This document shows, piece by piece, positions 12,801 through 24,200 of a stretch of 64,000 nt of DNA (position 1 is its first letter; each line of letters begins with the position of its first letter). The stretch comes from Octopus bimaculoides (lineage: Eukaryota). Where the stretch lies: the NCBI RefSeq assembly GCF_001194135.2, contig NC_068986.1, positions 72,784,383-72,848,382 on the forward strand, read 5' to 3'. The notes under the pieces are model-generated. The model saw only the letters and a list, made by a program, of their open reading frames with translations. It was not told the origin of the DNA and did no database searches. Position numbers and translations under genes: made by a program.

Positions 12801-15800
12801 TATTCAAAGACTTTTAACTAATACTGGCATCATATAATGAATGCAATATCTAAACAGACAAAAAGAAAATGCATTTCATTTACTGAATATGATAAAGTAA
12901 ATACATACCAGAATTAAGGATAGCAAAAGCGCATCCACCGCCTCCAGCTCCAGTCAATTTTGCAGACAAAGAAAATTCATGAAGTATGTATCGTATATAT
13001 TCCAGTGATGGATGGCTAACGCCAAGAGCTGCCAACTGACAATGATTTAAATCAACTAGTTCCTATGAAATATAGATATTAAAGCATATTTGAAAATAAA
13101 TTGTATAATAATAAATTCAATGAAAACATAAATTAATAAGAGACAGACAGGATCAGGCTGAGACATGTAGCTCACTGTAGAACTATGTGGTTTAGGATTC
13201 ATCCCCATACATGGATACTTTTGGCTAGTATCTTCTGCTAAAGCCAAGAGCTGACCAATGCCTTGTGAGTGAAATAGATAGGTGAAAACTGTAAGAAGCC
13301 CATCATGTATATACATATGAGTGTGTGTTTGTGTCTTCCTCTTGACATCTATGCACTGATTGAAAAGAAAATCACTGTCCATCCAAAATCGCATCATTTG
13401 TTTATAATCTACATATATATATGAAAATATACGTAGTCATTGAGCTGTTCATTATTCAAAGGACTATTGCTTTGGTAGGAAACAGGTGAGGCTTGGTGAA
13501 GAAAGAGCATCTGGCTAGACAAAAATACCTCGAAGAGTTTTGTCTGACCCAAGTAAGCATGGAAAAGCGAACATTAAATTGATGATATAAGTGTTGCTGT
13601 GAAAAGTTTCACTTTAAAAACCTTAAAAGGGACAACATGGAATAGTTATTAATTCATGTGCTCAATAATTAAATTCCAGTTCCTTTTTGTCAAACAAATA
13701 CTTTCTGTACCAGATTCATTACATAAAGCTGTTTACACCTGAGAAAAGAAATATTTAGTTATACAGGTGCTAAAGATGAATTTGTTGAGACTTGAAATCA
13801 TGAACTTCCCACTGTTAAAAACAACAGCATTGAATGATTATATCTTGCGGGTTTAACCTCTTAAAATTCAAACCGAGTATATCTGGCCTAAATATTCTAC
13901 CTGTTTTATGTTCAAACCAGCTAGATACAACATCTCACAACTACCCCTACAATGTCCTTCTAAAAATAAGCAATTACAGCGTGAATATCTCAAAGCCACA
14001 AGATGATGTATGATTAATTCAAAACAATATGAATGAAAAAGCATTACATTTGATGGAATAATCTGAATGCTAAAGGGTTAATGGATTTTTTAAATCAAAA
14101 ACTGTTCATAGCAATACTGGATATATTTACATATATAGTATGATAATATGTACTGAAGTCACATGTATCATAAGTTGTGAATTCACATATAGTGAATGCA
14201 GCATGGCCAAATGATTAAGTTTGATTCACAATCATGATGTCCTGGATTCAATCCTACCATGCAGTATCTTATGTGTCTTTCACCACTGCCTCAGGTCAAT
14301 AAGTGGAACTGGGTACACAGAAACTGTAATAGGAACCCATCAGAAGGATTATACCTGTATTTCAAAAGTACAGTCTTACCACGTACTGGTCGTGATGATT
14401 TTGCTTGAGAATTATGTTAAGGGTACATACGTCTGTGGAATACTCAGCCGCATACATGCTAATTTAATGAACAAATCAATCAGTTGATTGAACAACTGAA
14501 TCCTCATCATTGAAACCAACAGAAATTCATTTACTTACATTAGGTTACCATGTGTAGTGTAGTCAGATGTAAGGGAGTCATATGTAGAGTAGTCATGTAG
14601 TGTAGTCATATGTAGTGAAGCATATATAATAGTCATAGGCAGTGTAGTCACATGTAGTGAAACATATATAATAAATCATATGTAGTGCAGTCATAGGTAG
14701 CAAGTCATATGTTGTGTAGTCATATGTATTGAGTTGTGTAGTCATACGTAGTGAATTCACATACAGTCAAATGTAAAATTTACACATTCAGAAGCAATTT
14801 AATGAGAAAGTATATTGAGTAGGTAAGATTAATTCTACCTCAAGTACTGGGTAAAGTTTATCTTCATGAATTTCTTCATTTAAAATTTCGCAGGCCTTCA
14901 AACTTATTCCATGGATCACATCCATAATTTTTTGCATAACCTCAGGATACTGGATTTTAAAAAAGAGAAATTCTTTTAAATGATTTTTATTTTGTTTCTA
15001 AATATTTCATTGTATTCAAAATATTTATTCTATAACTACTCCCTGATATTCTATCCTGTACTCCATCATACTCTCATTATTATGTACTCAATCATACTCT
15101 CACAATCATATACTTCATGACACTTTCACTATGTAGCAGCTTACAAATACATTATTCTTATTGTAGAGACTACAACTTCAAGAGGAAGACTATATAGGTA
15201 GAACAATTGAATAATTAGTATAGTTAAATGAGTAAAATAAAGTGAAACTGCCCAGCTATTCAATTATGAGTTAACCACACCATGCCATACAAGTAATTTA
15301 TTGTACTTACTCTGGCCATTTTTTGTTTCACTCCTTCAACTAACTTTCTAGTGCTTCTCTGTATTTTAGTGTTGATTATTAAAACATTTAGTTTAAAATT
15401 TCTGTCAAAAATAAAACAGAAATAATGATGACAATGTGTGTGTATAATGTGTGTAAAATATATTCAACAATAAATTATTTTTGCTTAATTCTAAAGATGA
15501 GGCCAAATGTTGTCACTCACAGATATACTCCTGCTTCTGGACTACAGGCATGCTGCTTCCTCTCTACCTTTTCTACTGCTTCTATAACAGCTTTTTTATC
15601 CTTTTGAATTGATTGGACTCATGCCACCTGTATGTATGTATATATATATACAGGGTTATTCAAGAAGAATGAACCAATTTCATGACGCAATATTTTAATA
15701 AGGAAGTCACAAGTATTTACTCACAATCAACTTTTATCTCCAGTCTTACGAGTGTTCAATGTGGCCACCACCTGCAGCAAGGGCAACATCGATGCGATAA

Positions 15801-16172
15801 GAGAATTCCTCCCAGATGCATATCAGCATATCATGATCCACTGAGTTGATTGCTGTTGTTATTCGATGTTTAAGGTCATCAAGGTAATGGGTAGTGGTGG
15901 AACATAAACACGATCTTTTACATATCCCCACAAGAAAAAATCACACACAGTGAGGTCTGGGGATCTCACAGGCCAAGCAGATACACATCTGGGAAGAATT
16001 CTCTTATAGCATTGATGTTGCCCGTGCTGCAGGTGGCGGCCACATTGAACACTTGTAAGACAGGAAATAAAAGTTGATTGGGAGTAAATATGTGTGAGTT
16101 AGCTGAAGTTTTCTATTGCTTTTCCTTATTAAAATATTGAGTAATGAAACTGGTTCATTCTTTTTGAATAAC

Positions 16173-16251
<79 letters not shown>

Positions 16252-18155
16252 CTGTATATATATATGTGTATATATGCATGTGTGTATATGTGTGTGTGTG
16301 TGTGTGTATACACACAGGGTGTGATGGGTAAATTGTCGCCATTTTATATTTTTAAATTCGTGCATGCGCATTGTTTGTTTTTAATATTGTCGCCTACACA
16401 GTATAGTAGGGTCAGTTGGGCACTGTCTGTGAGAAAAACAACATCATGGCGCAAATCACTCTGCCAATGATTTGGAAGCAACGTGCTATATTGCTTGTCA
16501 TTCATGCCAGAAGCTCCAATATGAACATTTCAGAGTGTTTGAGTGTCAATCTGAGGACATGTACTGAGAGTGATAAAAATCAAACATCCAGTCAACATCA
16601 TGGTGTTTGGAGTGATTACTAGTGATGGCGATGTCATGCTTCCATCATCTTCTCACACAGCCTCAGACTCAACACAGAGACCTACATCAAGTGCCTGGAG
16701 GAGGTAATGCTGCCCAGAGTGGCTGCTGGAACACCCTATGTCTGGCAACAGGACTCTGCACCATGCCACAGAAGCAAGAGAACCCAGTCATGGCTGTCAG
16801 ATAATTTCTGTGACCACATCACCCCTAACATCTAGCAACCTAACTCCCCAGACTGCAACCCCCTTGATTATTATGTGTGGGGTGCAGTTGAGTGAGAGAC
16901 CAACAAAACTCCTTGTAACACCAAAGATAAACTGAAGACAAGGATTACGGCAGCATTCAGCAAATTAAACAAGGAGACCACCCAGAAGAGTTGCAGGAGA
17001 TTCTGAAGTCATCTGGAGGCCATAGTTGAAGCCAATGGCGATTTTATTGAATAAATTTACTCTTTAGTATTTCAAGATATTTTTATGTAATTTTGGTAAA
17101 TATATCAGTTAAAATGAGAAGTTAGTGTTATTTTCATTTTTGCGTAATTTAGACAACTTATTTGTGCGTGCATGCGTGTGTGCACACACACACATAATGG
17201 GCTTCTTTCAGTTTCTGTCTATCAAATCCAATCACAAGGCTTTAGTAGAAGACATTTGCCCAAGGTGCCACACAGTAGGACTGTACCCAGAACCATATGG
17301 GTGGAAAGTAAACTTCTTACCACACAGCACCTGATGAATGCAGAAAATAAAAAATGGGTGTGGGATTTGTGGTGTTGGATATAGCAAAGATGATAGGAAG
17401 ATTAGAGACAAGTAGAACAGGAGTGCCTGAATGGAGATGGCATGAGTCCAATCAATTCAAAAGGAAAAAGGCTATTATAAGGATATTATAGAAGCAGTAG
17501 AAAAGGCAGAGAGGAAGCAGCATGCCTGTAGTCCAGAAGCAGGAGCATGTCTGCGAATGATAGCATTTAAGCAAAAACAATTTATCGGTGTCTTTTTATC
17601 TAGAATTTTATCAAAGTCTTTAATTTGGATAAATCTAAAAAGAGACAACAAATAGCTTTAGAATAATTTAACAACTTTTTTTAATCACTTCAGTAACCCA
17701 AAAAATTATTCAGTGTTAGAATATTAGCTAATTCAGAAAGCTGTTACTCAAACACTCACCTCTGTAAGGGTTGTATTTTACCATTCTCATATGTTACTGC
17801 TCCACCTAAATAAATATCAAATATATAAATATACTTCTTCCCAATTAGCTACAAGGAGGTGCTGAAAAATTCTTGGCTTTGGGTAAAAGAAAATACAGGA
17901 GGATCAGTTAATTATGATTGTATTCAACATATTCCCCTCTCAGATTTACACACTTATTGTAGTGATTCTTCAGTTTTTCTAAGCCCTGTAAAAGAACTTG
18001 GAAGATTGGGCCTCCAACCAGGCTTTTTGTGATACCCCTAAAGCCAGGAACTTTTGAGCACCCTCTCATGCAGATGCTACATTCCACAACTGAAATTTAC
18101 TCTCCCTCTTCCAGTTGTCTATATTTATGTGCATGTATGTATGTGTGTTTGTGTG

Positions 18156-18213
<58 letters not shown>

Positions 18214-21200
18214 CACACACACAAGTAAGTGAACAAATGAAAGAAAGAGGCACTCAACATAGTAAGAGTTATATATTATTATTATTCAAAACTACTTGAT
18301 TCAGCCCCAAGCAAGTTTTGTAGGCTCATTACAGGAACCTATGAAACTTTAAGTAGCATGAGGCTGAGTCAAATTGTTTTAAATAATATATATACATACA
18401 GTGTGGGCCAAAAGTCATGTACCAAAATCTTTGGTTACGATATTATGTTATTATTATCAGGTGCAGACCCCCTCAAGAAATGAAGTACGTCCTTCTAAAT
18501 AATGTTATTTCACCCTTTTCTCTTGGGACTGTATTCCTTTCAAAAAATTCTTGGAACTGCACCTGATCATTATTATAGATTTAGTTTATTATATACAAGT
18601 ATATTTTTATTTATCATGATTTTGTTTATTTTATTCAATTTTAGAAAAATTGAAATGTGTTTTTGACAGCTGTAGAGTATACTGGACTTATTTTGTGTAT
18701 GACTTTTGGTCCACCCTGTGTATCAGACAAGGGAAAAGATGAAGATATCAATATAGCACAAGTTTAATATTGGTTACAATTGTTTCAGTACCATTCCACT
18801 TTGAATGATTACACCATTACATATAAATGATAATGTGTGATAAATTACATAAAACCAGTATAAATTCACTCATGGTTAAAAAGCACAGAGCGGCACTTCA
18901 TCAGACTCTTACCAAATCTTTGCTACTACCTTTTATCTTTTACTAGTTTCAATCTTTGGACTGTGGCCATGCTGAGGTGCTGCTTTGAAGGTTTTAGTTG
19001 AACGAATCAATTCTAGTACTTACTTTTTAAAACCTGGTAGTTATTCTATCAGCCTTTTTTTGCCAAGCTACTAAGCTATGGGAATGTAAACAAATCAACA
19101 CCAGTTGTCAAGCAACAGTGGGAAACAAACACAAAGTGACACGCACATCATCATTCAACATCCATTTTCAACCACCTTACTGCAGGTACTAGGTACTTTA
19201 TTTCTTAACAAAAGCAGTAGTGTGGCTGCCAAAAAACTTGTAAGACAAGCTCCCTTGACTGTGTGGAAGTGTCATAGAGAAGGAGATGGCTTTATGCTAA
19301 ATGTTGAAAGGCTAAAATATGGCAGAGGAACAGGAACTGGTGTGTTGCTACAGAGGAGATACATGGAGAACCATTATATGCCAAAAAAACTTACCGAAAG
19401 TGCAAATGGTGTTATCTATACCAGATGGTGTTCCATGAATTATACACTCACTTCTAAAAGCCCAAGCATCAATTTTTTTCAGATCTTCCAGAGTCCAGTG
19501 GTGGTTCAATGTATTTTTGTGAAGATGGGTGATCATCTGCTGTTGCTGTAAGAGAGCTGCTGATAAACATACGGCAATACAAGCAGATGAGCCAAGACCA
19601 GCACCAACAGGAAGTTCAGCAATAACTGCAATTTGGATAGACGGTAATTCTCTGAAACACAAATTATGTACTTTGATTAAATAAAGAAAATATAATCAAA
19701 ATGTTTTTAATGGATTCAGTTCATACAGACGAGGAAAGTTATTTGCTTAAAGTTATATGCACATATAATTTTTCTTTTCTACACCCCTTTTCTCATTCAC
19801 TCTTTCTCACTCTCTACCTCTCTATTTCTGTTCTTCTTAGCATTTTCCTGTAACTTTCATGTATAAATTATCATGTCAATTGTTTACATAGTGCAGCAGT
19901 TCTCAACCATTTGTTTTACCTATGGATCCCTTTGATAACTATTTTACTTGGGTGGACCCCAACAGCCATTCACTGTTTAAAAACTAGTTTTATACAAACT
20001 TCTTTCAAAATTCCTATTTTGCTTTCTGCATATTCACTTGTGTAGGTTGAACTATGTAAAACATTAGAGAAAGAAACCCAACACTTTCTTGCAATAAATA
20101 CATCTAAAGTAAAATTTTTTCATGGACCCATAAGATATTGTGGCCCCAATTTTCCTATTTTCCTTGTGTGGAACCCCCAAAATCTTATGTGGGCCCCAAA
20201 GGGTTATATGGACCGTGGTTAAGAACTACTGGCTTAAACAAATAATGTTTGGTCAAGTTGATCCAGATTAAAATATTTGAAATATATCAATATGTCAGTT
20301 AAAGTGTGGAGAATGTTAAATCAGTAACAATACAGTTTCTCTTCACTTGTATCCTCTTAAATAATTTATTCTCACCTTTTATGGATTTAACTAAAAGAAC
20401 TAGGCACAGGTGTGGCTGTGTGGTAAGTTTGCTTCCCAACCACATGGTTCCAGGTTCAGCTCGATTGCATAGCCCCTTGGGCGAGTGTCTTCTGCTATAG
20501 CCTTAGGATGACCAATGTCTTGTGAGTGGAAAGAAGCTCATCATATATGTGTAAGTCTCCTCCTTGTCTTGACATCATGTGATAGTTATAAATGATTATA
20601 GTCCTTCAGTACTGTTCTGACCTCGTTTACAGATTCATATTTTTTCCATCCAAATGATTTTGAAGACTGCAGAATAAATGATAATCAGATGGGGCAATGT
20701 CCAGCAAATATGGTGGGTTTCCCATTCAAACTGCTCCAGCCTTTGAAATGTCAACCTCACTGTATGTGACCGAGCATTATCCTGATGGAAGAACACCTTT
20801 CGTCTTGAAACCAAAGATGGTCATTTTTCTTCTAGTACTGACTTGAATGACCAAATCCAAGCCTCTATGCTAGTTCCTGAACAATTACAGTGGGATTTTG
20901 TTTCACCAGGGTTTGCAGGACATCCTCATCAAGCTCTACAGATCTTCCAAGACAAGGCTCGTCTTCTAGGCTGTAGTTTCCAGCTCAGAATTTCTGGAAC
21001 CACCATTGACACTGGCTTACACTTATTGTCCGATCCCCATATACTACATTAATATTCTTCACATTTTCCGTTGCATTGTTGTTTTTACTGAACTCATAAA
21101 GCAAAATATGCCAAATGTGCTCCTTTGTCAGTTCCATTATAGCTTTGAAAAGAATAACTGTTAAAATCAAACTGCATTCTTCAAAACTTGCACTACGAAT

Positions 21201-24200
21201 AAGTACAAGGTAAAATTACTACCTGCTTTTATAGCAAGTTGATGCAGGTAGTTTATCCCATCCCCTTCCAACTTTTAGCTCATGCAATTGAAAAAACTGC
21301 ATTATTTAAGGGATGACCCAATATATATATATATCTGTATCTTTGTATCTATGTCTGTTTCCCACTACTTAACAATTGATGTTGGTTTGTTTACGTCATT
21401 GTAACTTAGTAGTTTGGCAAAAGTTACTGATAAAATAAGTGCCAGACTTAAGAAAAACAATAAGTCCTAGGCTCATTTGTTCAACTAAAACTTTCAAGCA
21501 GAGTCTCAGCATAGATGCAGTCCAATGGCTGAAACAAGTAACAGATAAGAGATAAAAAAACAATAAATACATTAAAACAACTTACTTTTGTGAGCTGTTT
21601 ATGCAAATTGCTAAGTAGAGATAGAGAAATAAAATCATAAACATTTGTTTGGAGGTCATTGAATCTGAAGTAATATCCAAGAATGATTTTAACCTCTTTA
21701 AAACAGTCGCTGTTGGTCTTTGGGCTAATTCATCAACTAAATTAGAAAGAAAAAAAAGACTTGAAAATATAATTTGATATAACAATATCAATAGAAACAT
21801 TTCTACTGAAATAGTGCTGATATTATTTAAGGAGTGAATTGGAAAAAATGGTAAATTGCAGCCATCCATATATACAGGTATATCCTTTATGGCCATGCCC
21901 CCATTCCATCTCCCAAATAAGGAGTCTTTGTTTTGCAGGTGCTGGTGCCATGTAAAATGCATTCATGTCAGCACCATATAAAATGCACCTGTGCTAGTGC
22001 CATGTACAACATAAAATAAACTCATGCTGGTAGCACATATAGAGAACCTAGCATACTCTGTAAAGTGTCTGGTATTAGGAAAGGCATCCAGCCATAGAAA
22101 TCACACCATAGCAGACAACTGGAGCCTGGACAGCTCTCTGGTTATCCAGTTCCTGTCAAACTGTCCAACCGATGCCAGCATGGAAAATGTACTTTTAATG
22201 ATGATGATGTTGATGATGATGATGATGGTAAAGTGTTGAACAAAATATCTATCTGCATCAGTTATGACTATATTCCAAGTTTAAACACTGTATTATGACT
22301 ATATTCCAAGTTTAAACACCAGCCTTAATAAATTTCCATTTCTGCCCATCATCATGTAACCTGAAGCCTTCATGTTGTGCTGAGTTGCGATTTAAGGAAG
22401 CTACAGTACATAGCTTTGGGCATACATCAAGTATTAGGCCAGGGCATGTTCTAAAGGTAATCCAATTTTCACACCTAGCTTTATCAGAGGCTAAACGGTA
22501 TGAATGTGCTTCAGAAGAGTTTGAAAAAGACAGCCTGATTAGTTTGGATTTCAGACCTGGTCAACCAAGGTGGAGAGCACCCTTTAGGGGAACACAGTCG
22601 AAGTCATTGGATGACCTGGCAGCAAATGCCAGAAGGTCAGCTATGTCCTCTGATATACCAATGGCAATTACTTCATGGTTGACAGATTCAGTAGCTTTCT
22701 CACTGTGTCTAGATTCAGCAAGAGCTATGGGGAGATTTAATGTAATTGACTTACCCCTCCCCCGAAACTGCTGGCTTTGTGCCAAAATTTGAAATCAATA
22801 GTAACAGTTTCTTTTAATTTTAGAACACAAAAATAATGAAAGATATCTCTTGGCAAAGGCACATGTGAGTAAGGGAATGAATGAAGATGAGAGGGAGGGA
22901 GGGAGAAAAGGAGTAAAGGAGAAAGGGAATGAGGACGGGGGGGGGGCATACACATGCATATGTGTGTGCCTGTTTGTGAGAGAGTAAATGTATGCATGTA
23001 TACATGTATGTATATACTTTAAGACTATTGAAATTATTTTATAATTACTAAATTTAAACAGGTTGATTAATAATGTAATTAAAAATTAGGATTAAACTTT
23101 CACCATACCTGTAAATTCTTCTGACAGTTTCTTCAGATCTTTAAGTGACCATGTTTTATTTATTTCAAGAGCAGATATAGATACTTGGACCATTCCTGTA
23201 TCTGAGGGTGTTAGTCGAATAAATGACCTCATATTTAAGCTACTGGAAATGGCCATCTGTAAAAATTTATGTTGCATTAAAAAAATGAAAAAAGAAAAAG
23301 AATGAATGATAATTTATTTCTTATATTAAAAATCAAAACCCTCCTATTGAAATTTTTATTAAAAAAAAATTTAAGGTAGCCATGAAACTACTCTACAATG
23401 ATGATGAATGATAAAGGTATTTGGTATTTCTTTCAGATTCTTCACTGTTAATTAGACTTAATTAGAAATGATTCAGCAATAACACAAGCAAATGAATACT
23501 GTCTGTAAAAGAATGATCACTTAAGCTAACATGCTAACCAGTTTGAGTGTAAATGTTGGTGAAATGAGACGGAAAGATGGCTGTATTTAGAAGAGATAAT
23601 TGATTACACTGGCTCCCTAAAAACAAGATACCATGTAAAAAGCATTGATGTGGGTGCTGGTGTCATGTAAAAAGCATCCAGTACACTCTGTAAAGTGGTT
23701 GGTGTTAGGAAGAGCATTCAGCTGTAGAAACCAAGCCAAAACAGACTATGGAACCTGGTGCAGCCACTGGCCTTGCCAACTCCTGCCAAGCCATCCAATC
23801 CATGCCAGCATGGAAAATGAATGTTAAATGATGATGATGATTTTATCAATAAGGACGAAAATAAATCCAATCACACTCAGCAATACACCTCCAGTTATTC
23901 TGAGTTGAAGCTTATCTATTCAATTCTATATTCATCTTCTGCCTCCATCATTTTCCAAACTCCTCCAGTCACCATCAGTTATTTGACCATTTCACTTCTT
24001 ACATTAAAGACATTCACACCTCATCTCTCTCTCTCTGAGGTCAATGTACTTGGGATCACTACCTGGTTGTTATACTCCTTCCACACCAGTGCCGATGGTG
24101 CAGAAGCCAACTGATTTTACATACTGAACTGCCTGAACCAATTAGGTAATTAAGCCTACCCATATCCCTGACAGACAAACTGATATCCAAATACTCACTT

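Noticed and set aside
15145-15189. 45-nt AG/GT-bounded segment between MVK exons (possible poison exon, in-frame TGA)
   Set aside because: Weak pyrimidine tract and no homology; such cryptic sites are frequent in AT-rich introns and I have no expression evidence.
16004-16470. Several overlapping 70-112 aa ORFs (YIYIYI, HTHTHT, VCVCVC)
   Set aside because: Translations of (TA)n and (TG)n microsatellites; the same applies to 18029-18299 and the ORFs that span N gaps.
17332-17350. ctgatga...gaaa hammerhead-like core (also near 43674)
   Set aside because: No stem II closing pair and no flanking helices.
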